Source of the DNA: Lachnospiraceae bacterium
GTDB lineage: Bacteria > Bacillota > Clostridia > Lachnospirales > Lachnospiraceae
NCBI GenBank assembly: GCA_015057955.1
Contig: SVDE01000002.1
Span: 1,607-65,606 of the forward strand
Direction of reading: 5' to 3'
DNA: 64,000 bases
The position numbers and the translations under genes are program-made. The notes under the pieces were generated by a model, which was not told where the DNA came from, searched no databases, and worked only from the letters and a program-made list of their open reading frames with translations. Each line of letters begins with the position of its first letter. The stretch's first letter is position 1. Shown here one piece after another: positions 19,295 through 26,977 of this stretch.

Positions 19295-19353
19295 CCGAAT
19301 TTCCTCCGATACGGGTAGATTATATCGGAAACAGGCCGTTTTTTAAAGACAAT

Positions 19354-19382
19354 TTGCCATATAATAAGTAAAGTGCTATAAT
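19354..19382 (+). promoter_or_regulatory. Putative sigma-A promoter of murC (TTGCCA-17-TGcTATAAT)
   Basis: -35 TTGCCA (19354-19359), 17-nt spacer, -10 TATAAT (19377-19382) preceded by TGc. Confidence 0.6.
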
Positions 19383-19412
19383 CGTCACGGCTTTTCATAA
19401 AACAACATAAAA

Positions 19413-20798
19413 ATGCAGAAGGAAACTATGGTTTTAGATTCAGAAAAATACATTCATTTTATCGGTATTGGCGGAATAAGCATGAGTTCTCTCGCCAATA
19501 TTTTATTGACCAGAGGCTATAAAGTCTCAGGTTCTGATTCAAAGGAATCCGCTCTTACAAAAGAGCTCGAAGAACTCGGCGCGAAGATCCATATCGGCCA
19601 GAGCGCGGACAATATCTCTGATGAGATCGGCCTGGTAGTCTATACCGCCGCGATCTCAGACGACAACCCCGAGCTCATGGCAGTGAGGGAAGCAAATATC
19701 CCTGAGCTTACACGTGCCGATTTCCTTGGCAGACTGATGCGCGAGTATGACAACGTCATCTGCATTTCGGGAACACACGGAAAGACGACAACGACTTCAC
19801 TCATTTCCCAGATCTTTCTTGACGCCGAAAAGGATCCCACTATCCTGTGCGGAGGCATAATCCCGGTCATCGGCGGAAATACGCGCATAGGCCATTCAGG
19901 CCACATGATAGCCGAGGCATGCGAATATACCAACAGTTTCCTTTCCTTCTTCCCCAGGATCGCCGTGATCTTAAATGTCCAGGCGGATCATCTGGATTTC
20001 TTCAAGGACATCGATGATATCCGCGCAAGCTTTAAGAAGTTTGCGTCCCTCCTTCCGGATGACGGAGCCCTCGTTATCAACGGTGAGATCGACAATATCA
20101 GCTATTTTACTGACGGACTGAACTGCAAGGTCGTTACATACGGCATGGGCGAAGGTTTTGACTTTACCGCAGAAAACATCACATTTGATGCATTTGCGTG
20201 CGGCGGATATGATCTTGTAAAGAACGGACAGGTCATCGGACACGTCCAGCTCTCCATACCCGGCGAGCACAATGTGAGCAATTCCCTTGCAGCTGCTGCG
20301 GTTGCTGACCTTTGCGGCATTGATACAGAGACCATCTTAAACGGGCTTGGCAGGTTCAGCGGCGTTGAAAGGCGTTTTGAGTTCAAGGGCATTTTAGGCG
20401 GTGCAACTGTTATCGATGACTATGCTCACCACCCGGATGAGATCAACGCGACTCTTTCCGCAGCAATTAAATATCCTCACAAGAAACTCTGGGTTGTTTT
20501 CCAGCCGCATACATATACAAGGACCATCGCCCTCATGGATGAATTTGCTTCCGCCCTTTCCAGAGCCGACACCGTCATCCTGCCCGATATCTATGCTGCC
20601 CGTGAGAAAAATATCTACGGAGTCTCCTCCGGAGACCTCCAGAAAAAGATCGCTGAACTGGGTACAGAAAGCTACTATATCCCCGAGTTTGACGATGTTG
20701 AAAATTTTTTATTGGAAAATATCACTGAAGGCGATCTGTTGATAACCATGGGAGCCGGAAATGTCGTAGAAATAGGCGATTATCTGCTGGGAAAATAA
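19413..20798 (+). CDS. murC: UDP-N-acetylmuramate--L-alanine ligase
   Basis: IHFIGIGGISMS, GTHGKTTTT, Mur ligase middle and C-terminal domains. An alternative start is the ATG at 19428. Confidence 0.92.
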   Translation: MQKETMVLDSEKYIHFIGIGGISMSSLANILLTRGYKVSGSDSKESALTKELEELGAKIHIGQSADNISDEIGLVVYTAAISDDNPELMAVREANIPELTRADFLGRLMREYDNVICISGTHGKTTTTSLISQIFLDAEKDPTILCGGIIPVIGGNTRIGHSGHMIAEACEYTNSFLSFFPRIAVILNVQADHLDFFKDIDDIRASFKKFASLLPDDGALVINGEIDNISYFTDGLNCKVVTYGMGEGFDFTAENITFDAFACGGYDLVKNGQVIGHVQLSIPGEHNVSNSLAAAAVADLCGIDTETILNGLGRFSGVERRFEFKGILGGATVIDDYAHHPDEINATLSAAIKYPHKKLWVVFQPHTYTRTIALMDEFASALSRADTVILPDIYAAREKNIYGVSSGDLQKKIAELGTESYYIPEFDDVENFLLENITEGDLLITMGAGNVVEIGDYLLGK

Positions 20799-20890
20799 GT
20801 TATGCACTATATCCACAATTTTTCAGGTGATAAGGTGCCTTGATACATATTGTGAATATTGATGGAATATGATGAATAATCCTTGATTTT

Positions 20891-20927
20891 AAGCCATTCT
20901 TAACCGAATGGCTTTTGTATTTTTTTA
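20891..20927 (+). terminator. Intrinsic terminator downstream of murC
   Basis: Stem AAGCCATTC/GAATGGCTT with loop TTAACC, followed by TTGTATTTTTTT. Confidence 0.65.
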
Positions 20928-20937
20928 TCATGTTTTT

Positions 20938-20964
20938 TTATCCACATTATCCACATAATCCACA
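20938..20964 (+). promoter_or_regulatory. Three contiguous head-to-tail DnaA boxes (TTATCCACA, TTATCCACA, TAATCCACA)
   Basis: Read directly: two perfect consensus 9-mers at 20938-20946 and 20947-20955, and a one-mismatch 9-mer at 20956-20964. A further one-mismatch box, ATATCCACA, lies at 20809-20817. Confidence 0.6.
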
Positions 20965-21078
20965 TTATAAGCTTTGTAAAAGCAAGGGTATTTTGCCATA
21001 TTTGTCAACCTCTTTTTTTATTTTTTTTATGTGTTATACTCCGTTTTGTCTTAAGGGACAGAAGGACGTTTAATAAGA

Positions 21079-22152
21079 ATGAGCAGTTTTAAGCTGAAGC
21101 AGGAAGGACACTCCTCCTCAACCAGCATACCGAACAATTTTATAGAGAATTATATGCCTGTTGCAGCCGGCGAGTTTGTAAAAATATACATATATCTTCT
21201 CAAGTGCATTTCCGAAAACTGCAGCGAGCTTTCCATATCACGCATAGCAGACGTATTCAACGACACAGAAAAGGACATAACCAGAGCACTCAAGTACTGG
21301 GAGAAAAAAGGTCTCCTGAAACTGTCTTTCAATGAAGAGGGAGAGCTTGAATCGCTCATCCTCACATCAGCCGACAGCCAGGCTGAGACGAAAGTGACCA
21401 GGCAGGAGGAAAAGACCGATACCGAACCGGAAGTTATTTCAGTGACGGCTCCCGCGATACCGGAACCGAGACAGTATTCCCGCGGCGAACTTGACGCATT
21501 TTCCAAGTCCAAGGATAATGACATGCTTATTTATGCTGTCCAGAAACTGATGGGCCGGCCCATTACTAGCGCTGATATAAACACTATCATGTTCCTCGAG
21601 GATTCTCTTCAGTTTTCAGAGGACCTCATAGAATATCTTTTTGAATACTGTGCCGAAAAGAAGAAGACCAGCCGCCGTTACATTGAAAAGACAGGCATGG
21701 CATGGGCTGAGCAGGGCATCAAGGATGTAAAAGGCGCCAAACTCATAAATGCAGTATATTCAGAAAACTGCTATCCGATCATGAAGGCATTCGGGCTGAC
21801 AGGCAGGAATCCCGCAAAGGTTGAATGCCAATTCATTGACAGATGGTTCCTTTCATACGGTTTCAGCATGGAAATGGTACTTGAAGCTGTAAACCGTACG
21901 ATAAGCGCGACTCATAACCCCAGTTTTGAGTATGCTGACACCATCCTTAAAAAATGGAAGAACGAAGGTATCACATCACCTGAAGCTCTTGCAGAGTCAG
22001 ACAGGGAATTTTCCGCGAAGGCAGCTGCAAAAAAGGCTGCAGCAGCTAAAAATTCCCCGAAAAAGAAGGTTTCTTCCGCTGTTTCATTTGACAACTTTGA
22101 GCAGCGAACATATGATTATAGTGACTTGGAGGCAAAGCTTGTAAATAAATAA
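21079..22152 (+). CDS. DnaD-domain replication initiation/helicase-loading protein (DnaD / B. subtilis DnaB-like)
   Basis: N-terminal winged-helix-like region (FVKIYIYLLK...), acidic linker, two DnaD/DnaB_2-type C-terminal repeats (ITSADINTIMFLEDSLQFSEDLIEYLFEYC; WKNEGI) and a Lys/Ala-rich tail. Confidence 0.7.
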   Translation: MSSFKLKQEGHSSSTSIPNNFIENYMPVAAGEFVKIYIYLLKCISENCSELSISRIADVFNDTEKDITRALKYWEKKGLLKLSFNEEGELESLILTSADSQAETKVTRQEEKTDTEPEVISVTAPAIPEPRQYSRGELDAFSKSKDNDMLIYAVQKLMGRPITSADINTIMFLEDSLQFSEDLIEYLFEYCAEKKKTSRRYIEKTGMAWAEQGIKDVKGAKLINAVYSENCYPIMKAFGLTGRNPAKVECQFIDRWFLSYGFSMEMVLEAVNRTISATHNPSFEYADTILKKWKNEGITSPEALAESDREFSAKAAAKKAAAAKNSPKKKVSSAVSFDNFEQRTYDYSDLEAKLVNK

Positions 22153-22153
22153 A

Positions 22154-23143
22154 ATGGGCATTTCAAGGACAACTATCGAAACCATCTTAAAAGAATATGA
22201 AGAACTCCGGCTTAAAAGCGCAAGAGACCGCGACGAGCGCTTAGCCCGGATCTATGAAACCGTACCCGGATATGAAGATCTGGAGTCCGAGATCACATCA
22301 CTATATGTAAAACGATCGCTTCTGCGCCTTCAGCCTTCTTCGGAATACTCTGACGCTGAGCTTAAGCTTAGGATCCGGGAGCTTTCGGAAAAGAAAGACT
22401 TTCTTCTTGCTGCGAATGGATTTTCACCTGAAGATCTCGAGCAGCATTTTTCATGCAATGAATGCAAAGACACAGGCTATACCGATGACGGTGCCATGTG
22501 CAGCTGCTTCAGATCAAGGATCATCGAAAAGCTTTATGACCTCTCCCATATCCGCCGTATACTCGACCGGGAGAATTTCAGCACTTTCAATTTCGACTAT
22601 TACGACAGTGACCGTGCGGTTACAAAATCCGGTCAGACCGAACTTGACATTGCTCATGATGCGGTGCGCAAGGCACGCGCTTTTGTAAATGACTTCAGCA
22701 CTTCATCATCAAATCTGTTCCTGTGCGGCGGAACAGGAGTCGGAAAGACTTTCCTGTCAAACTGCATAGCCAGAGAACTCCTGGACATGGGCAATTCCGT
22801 CGTCTACCTGTCGGCTGTAAGGCTGTTTGACATCCTTGCGGATGCCGCCTTTGACAGGGAGGAAAACAGCGAGCTGCCTGCAAAACTCATATATGACTGT
22901 GATCTGCTCATAATCGATGACCTGGGCACTGAAATGACCAACTCATTTGTCCAGACTCAGCTGTTTGACTGCATAAATGAGCGGATACTCAGAGGCAGAC
23001 ATACCATCATATCATCAAATCTTTCTGTGGAAGACCTGCAGAACAGATATTCTGAAAGAGTGTTTTCTCGTGTAGTGAGCAGCTACACGATAATTAAACT
23101 ATATGCAAGAGACATCAGGATTCAAAAAGCATTGGAGGGGTAA
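22154..23143 (+). CDS. DnaI/DnaC-type AAA+ helicase loader
   Basis: Cys-rich N-terminal element (CNECKDTGY...CSC), Walker A GGTGVGKTFL, Walker B LLIIDDLGTE. It starts 2 nt after the dnaD-like stop. Confidence 0.75.
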   Translation: MGISRTTIETILKEYEELRLKSARDRDERLARIYETVPGYEDLESEITSLYVKRSLLRLQPSSEYSDAELKLRIRELSEKKDFLLAANGFSPEDLEQHFSCNECKDTGYTDDGAMCSCFRSRIIEKLYDLSHIRRILDRENFSTFNFDYYDSDRAVTKSGQTELDIAHDAVRKARAFVNDFSTSSSNLFLCGGTGVGKTFLSNCIARELLDMGNSVVYLSAVRLFDILADAAFDREENSELPAKLIYDCDLLIIDDLGTEMTNSFVQTQLFDCINERILRGRHTIISSNLSVEDLQNRYSERVFSRVVSSYTIIKLYARDIRIQKALEG

Positions 23144-23149
23144 AAGATC

Positions 23150-24376
23150 ATGCTGCGTGAAGAGATTGAGATCAAAACAATACCGGTAGGAAAACTTGGC
23201 ATCATACCCATGAAGGGTTGCGAACAGCTCGCTGCTAATATTGACTACTACCTGTCAACCTGGAGGAAACACAGGGACAGCGAGCACAAATATGCCTTCG
23301 GCCTTGACGGCTATGAGAGGGACACCTATATCGTGCGTGCTGAAACTCCTCGTTTCGGTTCGGGCGAAGCTAAAGGAGTGCTGCTTGATTCTGTCCGCGG
23401 AATGGACGTCTTCATCATCGTCGATGTTTGCAACAGCAGCCTTGAATACAAGATGACCGGAAAGATGAACCGCATGTCGCCCGATGACCACTTCCAGGAT
23501 CTCAAGCGTATCATTGCGGCAATAGGAAGCAGGGCAAACCGCATCAACGTTATCATGCCTTTCCTCTATGAGAGCAGGCAGCACAAGCGCAGCGCCAGGG
23601 AATCTCTTGACTGTGCAATGGCACTTGAAGAACTGTATGCAATGAACGTTGACAACATCATCACATTCGACGCTCATGACCCGAGAGTTATAAACGCAGC
23701 ACCTCTTAACAGTTTTGAAAATGTAAGGCCTTCATATCAGTTCCTTAAATACCTCTGCAAAAATGTTGAAGGCATTCACTTTGATACCGAGCATATGCTC
23801 ATGATAAGCCCGGATGAAGGCGCCATGGACCGTTCGGTTTACTTCGCGAGCGTACTTGGCATAGACATGGGAATGTTCTACAAGAGGCGTGATTATTCAA
23901 GGATCGTAAACGGCTCCAACCCGATCGTCGCACATGAGTACCTCGGAACCGATCCTTCAGGCAAAGACGTTATCATTGTTGACGACATGATCTCGTCAGG
24001 CGGAAGCATGATCGATACCGCAAAAGCCCTTAAGCAGCGCGGCGCCAAGGACGTTTATGTATTCTCGACATTCGGTCTGTTCACGAACGGACTTGAGAAG
24101 TTTGACAAAGCCTATGAAGATGGCCTGATCAAGAGAGTCCTTACTACCAACGGAACTTATCAGAGCCCTGAGCTCCTTTCACGTGAGTATTACATCAGTG
24201 TCGACATAAGCAAATATCTGTCATATTATATCGACTCACTGAACCACAACGTTTCAGTGAGCGACCTTCTCGATCCGTCAGCCAAGATCAAGAAACTGAT
24301 CGAAGACTATACAGAAAACGGATATGTTTACAATAATTATGAAGTGGAGTATCAGATGAAATTTGATCTGAAATGA
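23150..24376 (+). CDS. prs: Ribose-phosphate pyrophosphokinase (long form, 408 aa)
   Basis: PRPP-synthetase motifs (YESRQHKR, TFDAHD, PRPP-binding loop IIVDDMISSGGSM). GGAGGGG RBS. Confidence 0.8.
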   Translation: MLREEIEIKTIPVGKLGIIPMKGCEQLAANIDYYLSTWRKHRDSEHKYAFGLDGYERDTYIVRAETPRFGSGEAKGVLLDSVRGMDVFIIVDVCNSSLEYKMTGKMNRMSPDDHFQDLKRIIAAIGSRANRINVIMPFLYESRQHKRSARESLDCAMALEELYAMNVDNIITFDAHDPRVINAAPLNSFENVRPSYQFLKYLCKNVEGIHFDTEHMLMISPDEGAMDRSVYFASVLGIDMGMFYKRRDYSRIVNGSNPIVAHEYLGTDPSGKDVIIVDDMISSGGSMIDTAKALKQRGAKDVYVFSTFGLFTNGLEKFDKAYEDGLIKRVLTTNGTYQSPELLSREYYISVDISKYLSYYIDSLNHNVSVSDLLDPSAKIKKLIEDYTENGYVYNNYEVEYQMKFDLK

Positions 24377-24390
24377 TCCCTGCATGGATC

Positions 24391-24432
24391 AAGGGGTGCG
24401 GCACTTATCATGCCGCACCCCTTTTTATTTTT
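24391..24432 (+). terminator. Intrinsic terminator after prs
   Basis: GC-rich stem AGGGGTGCGGCA/TGCCGCACCCCT followed by TTTTTATTTTTAT. Confidence 0.8.
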
Positions 24433-24446
24433 ATCAGTGATGCTGT

Positions 24447-26147
24447 TTAATTGTTCTGTGATCTCTTATATCTGTTGATGGCACAGATTATTGCCCGCAG
24501 CGGAGCCACATTGATGTTGTGGCTGAGTCCTACTCCGAAGTAGTCCTTTCCATCATCATCCCTGAGCTGGACATAGGCAACTGACTGAGAATCAGAGCCG
24601 TCTGTAAGGGCATGGGATTTATAGTCAACAAACTTAAGCATGTTCATCTTCTCGCCCTTGATGGCATTGAAGAATGCGTCGATCGGTCCGTTTCCTTCGC
24701 CCTGGACCTTGAAATCCGTAATCTCTCCGGCGCGCGACATATGCTGTATCGTTCCGAAGAAGGTGACCTGGCTGTGCCCGTCAATGGTTTCCTCATGGAA
24801 TACATGTTTGACAAGCTTGTAAGGTCTCTCTTCATGGAGATATTCTTTCTCAAACAGTTCCATGATCCTGACAGGCCTGAGTTCTTTTCCGACCTTGTCG
24901 CTCTCACGCTGTACGATAGCACCAAACTCCGGATGCATCGCCTTGGGCATGTCGTATCCATACTTGTGGTTCATGATGAATGCTGCTCCACCCTTGCCGC
25001 TCTGGCTGTTGATCCTGACCGGCTCGTACTCGCGTCCGATATCTGTAGGATCGATCGGGAGATACGGGACCATCCATTTCTCGCTTTCATGATCCTTCAT
25101 GTAGTTAAAGCCCTTGTTGATGGCGTCCTGATGGCTTCCGGAGAATGCGGTAAATACGAGATCACCGCTGTATGGCTGACGCTCAGGCACACGCATCTTT
25201 GCGCATCTTTCAAAGATCTCCCTGATCTCGTCCATGTTAGTCAGATCAAGTTCGGGATCGATGCCCTGGACGTACATGTTCATGGCTACTGTGACCATGT
25301 CAACATTTCCGGTCCTTTCACCGTTTCCGAACAGGCATGCTTCAACACGCTCAGCTCCCGCAAGAAGTCCTGCTTCGGTAGTTGCGACTCCGCATCCCCT
25401 GTCGTTATGCGGGTGAAGAGAGATTATTGCCCTCTCCCGTCCGGGGAGCACACGTATAAAGTACTCAAGCTCATCAGCAAACTGATTCGGCATGCAGTTT
25501 TCTACAGTTGTAGGGAGATTAAGGATCACTTTATGATCCTCATCGGCATGAAGAGCGTCCAGCACTGCTGCGCAGATCTCAGCTGCAGCATCCATCTCTG
25601 TTCCCATGAATGACTCCGGAGAATACTCGTAGCGCAGATCCATTCCTGAAGCAATGACCGGCTGGGCCATTTCATATATCAGCTCTGCAGCGTCAACAGC
25701 GATCTTTTTTACGCCTGCCACGTCTGTTCCGAACACGACTTCTCTCTGAAGAGTGGACGTGGAGTTGTAGAAGTGGAAGATCACATGCTTTGCGCCCTGG
25801 ATCGCTTCGAAGGTTTTCCTTATGAGGTGTTCCCTGGCCTGGACAAGTACCTGGATGGTGACATCATCAGGTATGTGACCGCCTTCAATAAGCTCCCTGC
25901 AGATCTCATAGTCGGTATCGGAAGCGCTGGGAAATCCTATCTCAACCTCTTTTACACCGATCTTGTCGACAAGGAGGTGGAACATTTCCAGCTTCTCTTC
26001 CATGTTCATCGGATCTATCAGAGCCTGATTGCCGTCGCGCAGGTCAACAGAACACCATACCGGTGCCTTTGTTATGACATTGTCCGGCCAAGTTCTGTTT
26101 TCTATTTTTTGGGGTACAAATGGAATATACTTCTCAAAACCTTTCAT
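24447..26147 (-). CDS. leuA: 2-isopropylmalate synthase, long (actinobacterial-type) form
   Basis: WCSVDLRDGNQ, HPHNDRGCGVA, and a C-terminal LeuA dimerisation/regulatory domain. About 566 aa. I prefer the ATG at 26147 (GGAGG 7 nt upstream) over the tracked TTG at 26153. Confidence 0.9.
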   Translation of the reverse strand: MKGFEKYIPFVPQKIENRTWPDNVITKAPVWCSVDLRDGNQALIDPMNMEEKLEMFHLLVDKIGVKEVEIGFPSASDTDYEICRELIEGGHIPDDVTIQVLVQAREHLIRKTFEAIQGAKHVIFHFYNSTSTLQREVVFGTDVAGVKKIAVDAAELIYEMAQPVIASGMDLRYEYSPESFMGTEMDAAAEICAAVLDALHADEDHKVILNLPTTVENCMPNQFADELEYFIRVLPGRERAIISLHPHNDRGCGVATTEAGLLAGAERVEACLFGNGERTGNVDMVTVAMNMYVQGIDPELDLTNMDEIREIFERCAKMRVPERQPYSGDLVFTAFSGSHQDAINKGFNYMKDHESEKWMVPYLPIDPTDIGREYEPVRINSQSGKGGAAFIMNHKYGYDMPKAMHPEFGAIVQRESDKVGKELRPVRIMELFEKEYLHEERPYKLVKHVFHEETIDGHSQVTFFGTIQHMSRAGEITDFKVQGEGNGPIDAFFNAIKGEKMNMLKFVDYKSHALTDGSDSQSVAYVQLRDDDGKDYFGVGLSHNINVAPLRAIICAINRYKRSQNN

Positions 26148-26174
26148 GATCAAACCTCCGGAATATAGAGTTAG

Positions 26175-26203
26175 ATTTTAAGAAAGTATTCGTTAATTGT
26201 CAA
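26175..26203 (-). promoter_or_regulatory. Putative sigma-A promoter of leuA (TTGACA-17-TAAAAT)
   Basis: On the minus strand: consensus -35 TTGACA (26198-26203), 17-nt spacer, -10 TAAAAT (26175-26180). It leaves only a ~25-nt 5' UTR. Confidence 0.65.
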
Positions 26204-26215
26204 GAAAAATACCAA

Positions 26216-26977
26216 TTAACTGACATCTGCGACCAGTTCCACGGGGCAGTGGTCTGACCCGTAAACTTCAGTCCTTATGTCAGCAGAACGGAGCTTTCCC
26301 GCCAGGCTCTCAGACGCTATGAAATAGTCGATCCGCCATCCGGCGTTCTTCTCCCTTGCGTGGAAACGGTAGGACCACCAGGAATACACATGTTCTGTGT
26401 CGGGGTGAAAATATCTGAATGTATCTATGAGCCCGGAGTCAAGGGCTATGGTCATTTTTTCGCGTTCCTCATCGGTAAATCCGGAGCGGCCGCGGTTGCT
26501 CTTTGCGTTTTTGATATCGATCTCTTTATGGGCAACATTAAGGTCACCGCAGTAGATCACAGGCTTTTTCTCCTCAAGTTTTTTGACATAGGCCAGGAAC
26601 GCATCCTCCCATGTCATCCTGTAGCCAAGCCGTTTGAGCTCCTCGCCCGAATTGGGGACATATACAGTGATGAAATAAAAAGTATCAAATTCCAAGGTTA
26701 TGACCCTTCCTTCTGTATCGTGCTCGGGGATGCCGAGACCGTAAGATACGGAAAGCGGCTCTTTCTTTGTAAATACTGCTGTTCCGGAATAGCCTTTCTT
26801 TTCAGCGTAATTCCAGAACTGGTGGTATCCGGGAAGATCCAGGGTTATCTGCCCTTCCTGCAGCTTTGTCTCCTGCAGGCAGAAAACATCAGCGTCCGCG
26901 CTGTTGAAATAATCCATGAAGCCCTTGCCCATGCAGGCTCTTATTCCGTTAACATTCCACGATACGAATTTCATCAT
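26216..26977 (-). CDS. xth: Exodeoxyribonuclease III (AP endonuclease)
   Basis: FVSWNVNGIRA, CLQETK, SDHCPV. Length is 253 aa. ATGA overlap with the upstream 868-aa ORF. Confidence 0.92.
   Translation of the reverse strand: MMKFVSWNVNGIRACMGKGFMDYFNSADADVFCLQETKLQEGQITLDLPGYHQFWNYAEKKGYSGTAVFTKKEPLSVSYGLGIPEHDTEGRVITLEFDTFYFITVYVPNSGEELKRLGYRMTWEDAFLAYVKKLEEKKPVIYCGDLNVAHKEIDIKNAKSNRGRSGFTDEEREKMTIALDSGLIDTFRYFHPDTEHVYSWWSYRFHAREKNAGWRIDYFIASESLAGKLRSADIRTEVYGSDHCPVELVADVS

Noticed and set aside
20801-21078. Possibility that the DnaA-box cluster marks the chromosomal origin oriC.
   Set aside because: No dnaA, dnaN, rpmH, gidA or parAB genes are nearby. Only 3-4 boxes are present, and I cannot see DnaA-trio-like repeats. 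I treat it as a regulatory or titration site or an origin-like relic instead. A whole-genome skew analysis would be needed to exclude oriC formally.
21079-23143. The DnaD-like plus DnaC/DnaI-like pair as a prophage or ICE replication module.
   Set aside because: There are no integrase, repressor, terminase or other phage/ICE genes and no flanking repeats. The neighbours (murC, prs) are core genes, so this is more likely the chromosomal helicase-loading pair.
24612-25613. A 333-aa ORF on the + strand, antisense to leuA. Other long antisense ORFs occur at 15040-15645, 26360-27004, 32512-33189, 38438-38947 and 60360-61082.
   Set aside because: Each lies entirely inside a well-supported conserved gene on the opposite strand, has no RBS, and translates to low-complexity or Ser/Pro/Cys-rich sequence with no recognisable motif. 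They are typical shadow ORFs.
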